A program made the translations under genes and the position numbers. A stretch of DNA of 64,000 nt from Raja brachyura (lineage: Eukaryota). Of the stretch, positions 38,140 to 50,615 are shown in pieces. The stretch covers positions 31,930,001 to 31,994,000 of the forward strand of contig OY740809.1 of assembly GCA_963514005.1 (NCBI GenBank), written 5' to 3'. How positions within the stretch are numbered: the stretch's first letter is position 1; every line of letters starts with the position of its first letter. The notes beneath the pieces were generated by a model. That model worked only from the letters and a program-made list of their open reading frames with translations, did not search any database and was not told the origin of the DNA.

Positions 38140-40689
38140 ATCATAAACTAGAATGTATGGAGGTGAAGGGGAAAAGATTTATTAGGAATCTCAGTAGTAG
38201 CCTTTTCACACAAAGGATGGCGAATGTATGGAACAAGCTGCCAGAGGAAGTAGTTGAGGCAGGAACTATACCAATGTTTAAGAAAGTTAGACAGGTACAT
38301 GGATAGGATAGGTTTGGAGGGATATGGGCCAAACACAGGCAGGTGGGGCTAATGAAGTTGGGACATGTAGGCTAGTGTGGGCAAGTTGGGCCGAAGGGCC
38401 TGTTTCCAAGCTGTATCACTCTATGATGCTATGACTCCAAAGCTTACTGCCTATTTCTTCCAGTTCCACATGAAGATTATCTTCTATGATGCCACTGAGC
38501 ATTGTTCCCGACAGAAGCCATAATTATGTACATCATTCTCAGAATCCTGAAGATTGACTGGAACCACTCATGAATCATACATTTATTAATGCTTCATGTC
38601 AGCAAGATAATACATATGAACTCACCAATTGTTATTTTAATGCAGTAATTGTCAATGAAAAGAAGCATCGTTTAGTAATCTGTTGATGAAAAAACTGGTT
38701 TATGAACTGGAATCTAATAATTTCACACAATGGAAACAGTTGGACAGCATTGATCTTGTGCAGGGGAGCCAATTCACTATGTGAGAAGTGTGTAGGAAGG
38801 AACTGCAGATGCTGGTTTACACCGAAGATGGAGAAACTCAGCGGGACGGGCAGCATCTCTGGAAAGAAGCAATGGGTGACGTTTCGGGTCGAGTCTAAAG
38901 AAGAGTCTCGACTCGAAGCGTCACCCATTCCTTCTCCCCAGAAACGCTGCCTGTCCCGCTGAGTTACTCCAGCATTTTGTGTCTACACTCAGTGAGAAGC
39001 CAGGATAACTTTAGGAATTAAATAGCTTGAAGACCCTTCTTCAGACTTGCTTGTCTGTGGAATGTGGGAAGAAACCGGAGCACCCGGTGAAAATCCACGC
39101 GGTCACAGTGAGAACATACAAACTACGCATAGGGAGCACCTGTAGTCAGGATCGAACCAGGATCTTTGGCGCTATGAGGCAGCATCTCTACCGCAGTGCC
39201 ACTGTGCTGTGATGTCAGCAACAATAGATATTGCCTTAAACACAATATATCAAGCACGAGGAGCATAATCTGTTACTTGGTTTAGTTTAGTTTAGAGATA
39301 CAGTGTGGAAACAGGCCCTTCGGCCCACCGGGTCCATGCCGACCAGCGATCCCTGCACATTTACACTGTCCTACACCCACTAGGGACAATTCTTACATTT
39401 ACCAAGCCGATTAACCCACAAACCCGTACATCTTTGGAATGAGGGAGGAAACCGAAGATCTCAGAGAAAACCCACGCGGGTCTCAGGGAGAATGTACAAA
39501 CTGCCCGCAGAATGCAGATCAGTCATTATATTTCTGATCCATGTCGGGCATTTGTAATTACGTCTTATGGAATGCGATCTAGCTAGCGCATGCGTGTTAT
39601 TCAGGATGGGGGTTGGGCATTCTGATAAGAGATGCTGGAATGCATGGAGACTTTCTTCTGGTCTCCGATTCCTATGGATAATAAAGAACTTCACATGAAG
39701 TTAAACGAACGACATCGTTATTACCATCTCATACACAGACAGCACCTGTAACCGGGATCGAACCCGGGTCTCCGACACTGCGTTCGCTGTAAGGCAGCAA
39801 CTCTACCGCTGCGCCACCGAGGCTGCCCCCATCAGCAGATATTGTGAAGGATAAACCAAATCTTGTTTGGCGGTTTTAAGATGTGTCTTGATGGAGAAGG
39901 GATAGGCAGAGAGGGAGGAAATTCTAGAGCTTGAGGCTGTGGCCGCTGAAGACATGACCTTCTAAGTTAATCTGTCACAGAAACACATGGCCTCATCTCT
40001 GCATACTGTCTGCTCCATACATACTAACCAATTTACACCGTTTTCAGCCAAATGAAAAACTGTCCTCAAAAGCCAACCCTTAAAAACTAGTGAGGTTAAT
40101 TAAAATATCAAAATACAGAGACACATATCAATAAGTTAAAAAAAAATCCACATCAAGCAAATAATTGAAACTGGAGATTGCAAGCCAGATATCTTCGTAA
40201 GAAAAACTTAAATAAATTGATATATTAATATTGTTTAAATATTTAAAAACACTTGACTATGACTATTACCGCATGAAATTGACTGATTAATCTTTACTAT
40301 TTGTATCACACATTTATTATGCATAATCTTTTAATAAAAATTAGAGTGAGGATTATGTTCTACCCTGTGGCTATCTTATGACTAATTGAAAAGAAGCAGA
40401 ATGCCAAACACAATAAATGGGAGGAAAATTTCAGATCAATTTCCCTCAAATTGCTTCAGTGTCTTATATTTATTTGATTTACAAATGCATTCAATCAAGA
40501 AAGTCCAGTTAGGGTTTCATGTCTCATTTTTTCTGAATACCAAAAAAGACTATTAATGGTTCTGTGAAAAATAATTGCATGTGATGGTAATTGTTTTAAA
40601 TCTGTTTGTTTAATACTTTTCTAACTTGGAAGCCAAGAGATAAATCTACTTAGTGAATACTTAGTTTCAATGAAACACTTTGCAAAGAG

Positions 40690-40912
40690 ACGTTATTGAG
40701 GTTTATGGATGAATCTGAAGCAAAAAAACAGTAAGTTGATGTGTAGATGATGTATAAGTGCATTAAGTGTGGCACTGAAGCAGATTGTGAATTTGAGAAA
40801 GGAATATCCAATTAATTCTATGGCATTCCAACAGTAGGTGCCAGATATAGGGAGAGATATAGGGAATTCTACTAAATAAAAAGAAGATTCAATTTAATTG
40901 GGAATTGACATC
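40690..40912 (+). repeat. ~220 bp direct duplication, copy at 45956-46170
   Basis: acgttattgaggtttat...gggaattgacatc shared with moderate divergence. Confidence 0.9.
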
Positions 40913-41656
40913 TATTAGAGACACGGAGTGATACAGCGTGGAAACAGACCCTATGGCCCAACTCGCCCATCCCAGCCAACATGTCCTATCTACACTAGTC
41001 TATTGTCATACCTATTAAGTCTTTTCCCCTTCACCTTAAACCTATGTCCTCTGGTCCTTGATTCCCCTACTCTTGGCAAGAGACACTGTGTATCTACCTG
41101 ATATTCCTCTCGTGATTTTACACATGAGTTTCTATTGATGGGTAAACCATAAAGATCAAGAAAATGAGATATCTTGCTTGGGTTTTAACTGCAGTTTGCA
41201 TCAGATAGATAAAGAGCTAATATTGTCTGTGCAGATCTGAAACACTGCAAACATTTTGATCATCCATGTAGCAGCTTGTTTGATCGTCCTTGACAGAAAC
41301 ACCAGAACACAGCAGGAGCTATGAAAGACTCTTTCAATTAATTTCTAAAGAGAAAAGTTGAAAGAACTTGGGAGATAAAACCCCATTGATTTTCCACCCT
41401 GCGATTCCTCCTTTCATAGGATATGAAAACATGTCTATTCCATTTCTGTTTCCGAGTTGCACTCAATAATCCCCTTGTGGCCACCTTGCACCATGTGGAA
41501 CTTCAACACCACAGGGTGGAATAGTTGAGACAGACACGAAATGCTGGAGTACCTCAGCGGGTTAAGCAGCAACCATGGAGATGGAGCCCTTCTTCAGGCT
41601 GATGGGTAAAAAAGCTGGGAGAGAGCAGGGCAAGGACAGAGCATGGCCTGTACAGG

Positions 41657-41929
41657 GGGCAAGGTGGCGCAGCGGTAGAGATGCTGCCTCACAGCGCCCG
41701 GAGACCCGGGTTCGATCCCGACTACGGAGTTTGTCCAATCTCCCCGTGACCACGAGGGTTTCCTCCGAGATCTTCGGTTTCCTCCCACATTCCAAAGACG
41801 TGCAGGTCTGTAGGTTAATTGGCTTGGTATAAGTGCAAATTGTCCCTAGTGAGTGTAGGATAGCGTTAATGTGCGGTGCGGACTCGGTGGGCCAAAGGGC
41901 CTGCTTCCGCGCGGTGTCTATTAACTAAA
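41657..41929 (+). mobile_element. tRNA-derived SINE. Further copies at ~39055-39210(-), 39285-39830(-), 44055-44345(-), 49088-49720(-), 50666-50958(+), 51665-51960(-) and 52697-52966(+).
   Basis: A box TGGCGCAGCGG, B box GTTCGATCC, CR1-like 3' tail gggccgaagggcctgtttcc. Confidence 0.88.
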
Positions 41930-43589
41930 ATACGAAATATTCAATATTCTGTACAATATTTAAATAACAGTTTCCCACTTTTTTGACATTCTATTTCATC
42001 TGAATATTTCTTCAGCAAATATTGTGATGAATTAACCCTAACAGTCCTACTGTTATACCATACCTACATGAGATTTATTCAAACTGAATTTGAGTTTCAT
42101 TTATTGGTGTTGAATCCATCTTCTGCTAATGATGCTCAGCAATATATTCATATTCTTTAAACTATACAGCTCAGGATGTAAAGAACTGGGTCGTTATTTG
42201 ACCAGAAGGCGTAGCTTTAGGGTGAGAGGGGCAAAGTTGGAAGGACATGTGTGGGGCAATGGTTATCACACTTATCCGGGACTCGGGTTTGTTAACTTTT
42301 TTTTTCATTGCAATGGAGATTTAATCTGTCAATAATAGCAGTGGACCAGCCACTTAACCACTGTGTTATCCTGGCAGATACGAGTGGCCTGCATCATCTT
42401 CTTCCCACGATACTATCACTGTTTATGATCAGCTAAAAATTAATGTAGAAGCTAGGAACTGCAGATGCTGGTTTACCAAGAAAATACAAGAAAGTGCTGG
42501 AGTGACTCAGCCAGCATCTCTGGAGAGAAAGGAAGGATGACATTTCAGGTTGAGATCCTTCCTCAGACTGAGAGTCAGGGGAAAGGGGGAGACGAGAGAT
42601 ATGGAAGGGTAAGGTGTGAAAATGACCGATGAAAGCAGGAGATGATCAAGGAAATTAAGAATCGTTCAATGGTTGCTGAGGGGAAGGTGCCAACGAGGCG
42701 TACAAATGGTAAAATTAATCAGGAGGATAGTGAAACTAGTCAGAGAACTAGGGTGGGGGAGAGATGGAGAGAGAGAGGGAAAGCAAGGGTTACCTGAAGT
42801 TAGAGAAATCAATATTCATACCGCTGGGTTGTAAGCTGCCCAAGAGAGATTTGAGGTGCTGTTCCTCCAATTTGCACTGGGCCTCACTCTGACAGTGGAG
42901 GAGGCCCAGGACAGAGAGGTCCATGTGGGTAAAGGAAGGAACTGCAGATGCTGGTTCAAACCGAAGATAGACACAAAATGCTGGAGTAACTCAGCGTTTT
43001 TACAAAATGTTAAATGGTCATCTAGACATAGATCACAAGACCTACACCAACCCAAACCAATTAGGAGCAGACGAGGGCATTCGATCCAATTTGTGGTCCC
43101 AGCCTCAAAGACAGATGTGTACAGCAATTCGTTCTTTCCACGCACTATTAAAGCATGGAATAATCTCCACCAAGCCACGGTTGCCCAGCCAGATGCAACT
43201 ACATTTAAAGCGGCACTTTCTTCCCAATAACCCTCTCTGGCTAAACCCCTCCCTTCACCACCTCCAGTTTCAATTCCAGTTGGAATATTTTGGAGGACCA
43301 AGTAACCAAGAACCAAGAACCAAGCTGGGAAGGCAGCATCTCTTGAAGGAAGGAGGGTCTGGACCCGAAACGTCACCCATTCCTTCTCTCCAGAGATGCT
43401 GCCTGTCCCGCTGAGTTACTCCAGCTTTTTGTGCCTGTCAGTATGGGGATAGGAGGGGGAGTTAAAGTGTACGGCATCTGGGAGATCGATTAGGCCTCAG
43501 TGGACTGAGCAGAGTTTTTCAGCGAAACGATCGGGTGACATTTAACACATGATAAAATATATTAGAATTAGAGGTACTCACGGATGTGT

Positions 43590-43851
43590 CTTCTTCCTCT
43601 TCCTCTTCCTCTTCCTCTTTCACTTCTTCCTCTTCCTCTTCCTCTTTCTCTTTTTCCTCTTCCTCNNNNNNNNNNNNNNNNNNNNNNNNNNNNNNNNNNN
43701 NNNNNNNNNNNNNNNNNNNNNNNNNNNNNNNNNNNNNNNNNNNNNNNNNNNNNNNNNNNNNNNNNNNNNNNNNNNNNNNNNNNNNNNNNNNNNNNNNNNN
43801 NNNNNNNNNNNNNNNNNNNNNNNNNNNNNNNNNNNNNNNNNNNNNNNNNNN
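43590..43851. other. (CTTCCT)n polypyrimidine microsatellite (43590-43665) running into an assembly gap (N, 43666-43851)
   Basis: Direct reading of the sequence. Confidence 0.98.
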
Positions 43852-43903
43852 NTTTGGCTCCATGAACACTGCATCCTTTGCAGGGCACGTTTGTAAAGAC
43901 TCA

Positions 43904-44007
43904 CCAGATAGTAAAGTGTTTATGAACATCTGCTACACAAAAAGAATAAGAAAGATCGGCACACTTAGAAGAAGACAAAGTTCCTTTGAAGTCAGCAAAC
44001 TTCGAAT
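43904..44007 (-). pseudogene. Exon-like segment of the unidentified gene (phase 0 reads IRSLLTSKELCLLLSVPIFLILFV*QMFINTLLS; phase 1 is open)
   Basis: CTG/gtgagt donor; acceptor weak; reading frame ambiguous. Confidence 0.3.
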
Positions 44008-46540
44008 CTAATTTTTTTTCTAAAGTTAAAAGTCCTCCTCAGTTGCAGAGACACAGAGCACGGAAGCGGGCCCTTTGGTCCACCGAGTCTGCGCGGAAAA
44101 TCGATCACCCCGTACTCGATCACTATCCTACGCACTGGGGACGGCTTACAATTTTGCCAATGCCAATCAACCTACAAACCCACATGTCTTTGGAGTGGGG
44201 GAGGAAACCAAGGCACCCGGGGAAAACCCATGCTGTCGCAGGGAGAACGTACAAACTCCGTACAGACAGCACCCAAGGTTAGGATTGAACCCGGATCTCT
44301 GCCGCTTTGAGGCAGAACTCCACCTCTGTGCCACCGTGCTGCCCTCAGCCTTATGCTGTATGTTTTGCTTCCAGGATCTTTCTCCTGGGAAAGTTATAAA
44401 TTCATCGGTCAGCGAAATTCATCGGGCATCCGACACATGTGTATTCCACTCATTTTATTACTGGTGTTCCTCTGCTCAGTAGATATGTAACAACGGTATA
44501 TGAGAGAGATAGTAAGTAAGTAAGTATATTGGCCAAGTATTCACATACAAGGAATTTGCCTTGGTGCTCCGCCCACAAGTAAAAAAAGTCTAAATAGATA
44601 GGACAGACAGTCAGAACCCTTTCCCAGGTGGCGTTATGTCCAACACGAGAGGGCATCGCTATAAGATGAATAGGGGAAGGCTTAATGGAGATGTGCGGGG
44701 CAAGTTTTTTTACACAGAGAGTGGTGGGGGCCTGGAATGCATTGCCACGTGGTTGTAGAGGCAAGTGATAGTGGCATTTGAGAGGCCTTTAGATGGGCAC
44801 ATGGAAGTGCAGTGAATATGGATGTGGAGAGGATATTTCCACTAGTGGGAGAATCTGGGACTAGAGGTCATAGCCTCAGAATTAAAATGTTGTTTTAGGA
44901 AGGGGATGAGAAGAGATAGTTCTTTCGAGGGTGGTGAATCTGTGGAATTTTATGCCACAGAAGGTTGTGGAGGCCAGGTCAGTGGATATTTTTAAAACAG
45001 CGATTGATAGATTCTTGATTAGTACAGGTGTCAGAGGTTATGGGGAGAAGGCAGGAGAATGGGGTTCAGAGAGAGAGATAGATCAGCCATGAATGAATGG
45101 GGGAGTAGACTTGGTGGGCGAAATTCTATCCTATCACTTACGACCCTATGACCTTATGAATAGACGGATATGGATCATGTTCGGGCAGACGAGATCGGTT
45201 TAATTCGGCATCATGTTCGGCACAAACATTGTGGGCCCAAATGCATGTTCCTGTGATGTACTGTTCCATCCCTTAAGATGCACGCGAAGTACTGGAACAC
45301 TTGTGCCTTGAAGCTGTTCTGTCATTTACTGGGACGGTTTGTAACCTGATATTAGCTTCAGATTCACTGTTCTCTCACGAGCGTTACACCTCAACGCAAA
45401 TTGCTATTTCTGTCTTGTCAGAAAAGCTCAGTAACTGCTGCAAATTTAATTTAATATTCAGCCTTGGAATTCATTAGAATTATTTAAATTATTTTGCTTA
45501 ATTGCGATTCCCTCCAATATGCTGATCACGGTTCCTGAAAGTGGCACCAGAACCGGTACCGTCAAAGTGCGATGTAATGCAAGAAGCAAGTTGAATTCGT
45601 CACATTTCACAGAATCCGACTTGCCCCATGTTGGTTCAATTGGCCCAATGAGAAATTCTGTGGCCAAGTGCAGCAATGCTTTTGTAGATTTATCAAAATG
45701 TTGCTTGGATCAAGTCTAGGTGAACCACATTTAAGAGTCATAGAGTGTTTTTTTTTCCTTTTTATCCATGCCTATCCTCCTGTTAATTTATCGTGTTGCA
45801 CAGGGAGCCAAATGCAACGAAATTTCGTTTGGAACTGCATATATCAATGTATTTCTAAATGACAATAAAGTTTGTTTGACTTGACTTTGACTTGACTACT
45901 GCGTGGAAACAGGCCCTTCGGCCCAACTTGTCCACGCCGGTCAACGTGCTAGGAAACGTTATTGAGGTTTATAGATAAATCTGAAGCAGAAAACCAGTAA
46001 GTTGATGATGTATAAGTGCATTAAGTGTGGTACTGAAGCAGATTGTGAATTAGAGAAGGGAACATCCAATTAATGCTATGGCTTTCCAACAGTAGGTGCC
46101 AGATTTAGGGAGAGAGATAGGGAATTCTACTAAATTTACAGGAGAGTCAATTTGATTGGGAATTGACATCCATGAGAGTCATAGAGTCACAGAGTGATAC
46201 CTCGTGGAAACAGGCCCTTCGGCCCACTCCGGCCAACATGTCCCACCTATACTAGTCCCACCTGCCAGCGCTTGGTCCATATCCCTCCAAACCTGTCCTA
46301 TCCATGTGCCTGTGGCACCTTCACACCCATGTTGGTTTTGCAGACAGCCTGTCACCGCTGGCGACTCACCAGCAGCCTCACGAGAAGGTCCAGCCACAAG
46401 CAAAGATCACAAGAGCTCAATAACAACTCCAAGGTCAGATGCACTAATTGGCCTTATCTGCACATGGGTTACGATTGGTGAGAATGTAGGTAAAAGGGGC
46501 TTCTGGAATAAACGTGACACAAGGTGACTGGCTCAGCTAA

Positions 46541-46748
46541 AGGGTCTGTCCCACTTTCACGACCTAATTCACAAGCTTTTTTACTCGTGGACATTTTCCA
46601 TCTGGTTAGAAAAAACCTAACCTACTTGATGCCACAAGTACCTACGACTAACATCACAACCTACCTACGACCTCCTACGACCTTGTTGCGAGTCAAGGGC
46701 AAACTCGGCAGAGGTGGTGAATTAGGTCGTGAAAGTGGGTCAGGCCCT
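46541..46748. mobile_element. PIF/Harbinger-type MITE, 208 bp
   Basis: TIR agggtctgtcccactttcacgacctaattcac and its reverse complement; taa/gaa flanks. Confidence 0.8.
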
Positions 46749-47189
46749 GAAGTGTCGTTTGTTCTTTGCTTTTGTCGTGGGATCCTACAAACCTGTCTAA
46801 TGATTTTCTTAAACGTTGGGATAGTCCCTGCCTCAACTACTGTACCTCCTCTGGCAGCTTATTCCATACACCCACCACCCTCTGTGTGTAAAAGTTACCC
46901 CTCATATTCCTTTTCCTATTTGGCATTCTTTGTGCCACAGGATTTGTGGAAGCGCCTTATCTGTGGGGATTGGAAGCGTTTCTGACTTTAAGGGAATTGC
47001 CCTGCATATTCCACTGTTAAATTCAAAGTAGCCGTTGTTTTTCTGGTTGTCCATTCCTACCACATTACCGCCAATGTCCTCAAGTCCCTGATTCCTAAAT
47101 CACCAACCTTCCATTCACTCCCAACTCTTGACTTCTAATTGCTTGCCCAACTGATTTCCCTATTCCCCAGACCTTAATTCTCTCATGAT

Positions 47190-48013
47190 TGGGCATCCGG
47201 TGGCGCTGCTGTTAGCTGCCTCCGCCCAAGGTCTGGTTGTCTTTTTTTATTTTGTTATGTTTAGAGTGTGTCTTTTTGTTTTTTTTCAGTATTCTTTTCG
47301 ACATTTTGGGGGAAGCAGGTAGGTTAAGGGGGAAACCGTCCTTCATTCGTTTCCTGGCGAGGATGCGGCTATTATCCGAGTCTCGTCCTCGCCCCCCCAC
47401 CGTGGCCTACCAGCTGGATTGGCGCGGCCTTTCCTGCCGGGACCGGACCAGAGCTTCAGCAGCGGCGGCGAGGCGCTGGAAACATCGCGGAGCGGGCGAG
47501 GCCTTCCTGGGATCGGCGCTTGGCGCTCCGGAGTGGTGGGCCGCTGCTCCAACATCGCGGAGCTGTGGGCGCGGAGCTCGCAACGCTGGCGGCGCTGACT
47601 TTAACATCGCGGAGTCCTGGGACCCATTGCCGGGGGTCGCCAGTGCGAATCTCCGCCCAGCGCGGCCTGTGGACATCGGGAGCCGCGGACTCCGGTGGAA
47701 GGTGGCCAACGAGAGGTTCCCGGCGAGAGGGCCTGGACATCGGGACGCCCGTAGCGGCGACTACGGGGGGCTCGGGAGGCCCCGACCACGGGTGAACATT
47801 GGGGAACATCGGCGAGGAGGTTGACTGGACTTTGGTTCCTTCCCTCACGGTGGGGAACTTTGGTGCTGCTGTGGCGATGTTTGTGTCGTGGACCACTGTG
47901 GTCTGTGTTTTGTGGTTTTTTATTTTATTTTTTAGTATGACTGTAAGGGAAAAATAATTTTGTTGTCTCTTCATTGAAGTCAATGCCAATAAATTAAATC
48001 AAATCAAATCAAA
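47190..48013 (+). mobile_element. Unclassified GC-rich non-autonomous retroposon ending in AATAAA and (ATCAA)n; partial inverted copy at ~35040-35290
   Basis: Tail repeat; 47700-47860 is reverse-complement similar to 35080-35210; no RT motifs seen. Confidence 0.6.
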
Positions 48014-49371
48014 TTCAGCCAGTCAGGCAGCATCTCCAGCGAACACGGACAGACAGCACCCATGGAAAGGTGGCGTCTCTGGAGAACGTGAGAGGAATAG
48101 ATCGGGTAGATGCACAGTATGTAGGAAAGAACTGCAGATGCTGGTTTAAATCGAAGGTTGGCACAAAATGCTGGAGTAACTCAGCGGGACAGGCAGCATC
48201 TCTGGAGTGAAGGAATGGGCGACGTTTCTGGTCGAGACCCTTCTTCACAGAGTCTCTTGCCCAGAGTAGGTGAATCGAGGACCAGAGGACATAGGTTTAA
48301 GGTGAAGGGGAAAAGATTTAATAGGAATCTGAGGGGTAATGTTTTCACACAAAGGGCGGTGGGGGTATGGAACAAGCTGTCAGAGGAGGTAGTTGAGGCT
48401 GGGACTATCCCAACATTTAAGAACCAGTTAGACAGGTACATGGATAAAGGAATGTGGGCCAAACGCGGGCAGGTGGGGCTAGTGTAGCTGGGACATGTTG
48501 GCTGGTATGGGCAAGTTGGGCCGAAGGGCTTGTTTCCATTTTGTATCACTCTGTAACATACTGCGGTCTGGAGACCCAAAACATCACTTATCCACGCTCT
48601 CCTGAGTTACTCTAGCACATTTTGTCCTTTTGCGAAGTTGTTTAATATCGTGTTTCCAAACGTGGCGTCAGGTCCAGCACAGACAATGCGGGCCGAAGGG
48701 CTTGTTCCTGTGATGTACCGCTCTGTGTTCTAAACATAAACAAGCAGCACTTCCATGAAGCAAGGGCTTTACAGGCATTTTAAACACTCTCTTGTTCACG
48801 AAGTTTGTCCTGAATTCCCTTTGGATTTATCTCATATTTATGAGCCGCACTCAATGAACTGAAAACAAAAACAACTCGCAGTGAGATAGAGGATTATTAT
48901 CTCCCAATGTCCTAAAGCAGAACACGAACAATGAATTACTTTTTGAAGTGCAAACTAGTGTCGTCTAGGCAGCGGAGGCACATATGAAAGTGACATTTTC
49001 GAGGCTGTTAGATGGGCGCACGAGTATGCAGTGAATGGAGGGATATGGATCGTGCAGGTGGAGGGGATTAGTTTAGCTTGGCATCATGTTTAGTTTAGTT
49101 CAGAGAAACAGCATGGAAACAGGCCCTTCGGCCCACCGACTCCGTGCCGACCAGCAATCCCCGCACATTAACACTATCCTACACACACACACTAGGGACA
49201 ATTTACAATGATACCAATCCAATTTGCCTGCAACCCTGTACGTCTTTGGAGTGTGGGAGGATAACCGGAGCTCCCGGAGGAAAACCCACGCAGGTTACGG
49301 GGAGTAGGTACGAACTCCGTGCAGACGAGCACCCATGGTCAGGATGGGAATACGGGTCCCTGGAGCTGTAA

Positions 49372-49686
49372 AGGGGCCTGTCCCACTCTACGAGGTAATT
49401 CAAGAGTTCTCCCGAGTTTCCCCTGATTCAAACTCGGAGATTTACGGTAATAGCCGCTCGTGGGTACTCGGGGCTCTCGTGGACATTTTTCAACATGTTG
49501 AAAAAACTTAACGAGCTTACCGCGTTTCCCGAGTGCCTGCCGTTAACGTTACGAGCCGCCAACATTACGAGTCCCTGCGCTCTGACATACCCGCAACGTA
49601 CGTTTTACGCACTTACCACGAGTGTGATTTTTTTTTCAAACACTCGGGAGAGCTCTTGGGTAAACTTGTACAGTGGGACAGCCCCT
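49372..49686. mobile_element. PIF/Harbinger-type MITE, 315 bp, inserted in a SINE
   Basis: TIR aggggcctgtcccact / agtgggacagcccct; TAA TSD; host SINE sequence gctg-taa-ggcagcaact is restored on removal. Confidence 0.85.
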
Positions 49687-50349
49687 TAAGGCAGCAACTG
49701 GACCGTCGCGCCACCGTGACACAGTCTATGGCACAGCCATTATGGGCCGAAGGGCCTGTTTCGGGGGGCGCACGACGCGAATGCTGCAACCAATGTTCGG
49801 CAGAGCAAGATATAACATGAGGAATTGTAAGAATGAGCGAACAAGCTATTTTGGGCAACACTAGTTGAAAGAGGACTGCGCTTGGAAGAACAGTGAAAAT
49901 TCAGTCTAAATCTACAAATAACGCACAAAAATAGTTGGAACAACTAATGGACAAAATATTCACATCACTGCATCTGGCTTCACTTTGGCTTGAGGTTTCT
50001 TTAGTAAAACAGCTGCTGCGGGAAAACCAGGCAATTTGATATTTTTTGTTTCAATAAACCGTGAAAAAGCAATAGAAGGAAAAGCACTTCAGTCAAATTG
50101 CCAATTACTAGCTTCCTAATAAGTGTGTGTAAGTAACTTATTAAAGAACAAATGAGAAACTCAAAATAATTATTTAATCTAAACACAAAGATTGTCAGCA
50201 GAACACTGGAAATTTGCATTTTTATGGGCCAAACACGTTTTAAACTGACAGAGTGTAACTGAAATGAAGATCCCAGTGGGATCCCTTACATCCATGTAGG
50301 AGATCAGAATGGCGTAATATCTCGTAGGAAAGGCGATGATTTTAACAGT

Positions 50350-50615
50350 GCAACTAACACTCCACCGAGTCTCACTACCTGCTGAGGGTCTACCTGTCCC
50401 CGGTGTTGCGAAGGATGGGCCTGGAGCAGATGTCACGCAGTGTGCCAGTCAGCTGGGCATTGCTGCACCATCTGTCGTTCGTGGGAAGGTTCTTCCGGGC
50501 CAACACCTTTGACCACAGGTCCACCGGGCGGTGGTCAGCAAGGAACGTCCTGCAGGGAAATGACTCCATGGATCCTGTGGCACGGTTCCCAGAGCAGACT
50601 GCACAAAGTGTCAGC
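50350..50615 (+). mobile_element. Tx1/L1-clade LINE ORF2 fragment
   Basis: HYLLRVYLSPVLRRMGL...HLSFVGRFFRANTFDHRS..WSARNVL..DPVARFPEQT resembles recalled chondrichthyan Tx1-like ORF2. Confidence 0.75.

Noticed and set aside
41657-41725. tRNA genes at this and other SINE heads
   Set aside because: A/B boxes continue into SINE core and LINE-like tail, with no complete cloverleaf or terminator.
43519-44011. Poly-Glu/Ser/Arg-Gly ORFs
   Set aside because: Artefacts of a (CTTCCT)n microsatellite and an N gap.
47237-47989. Long GC-rich ORFs (195 aa, 177 aa) as genes
   Set aside because: They lie in a repeat, are open on both strands because of GC content, and show no domain or splice support.
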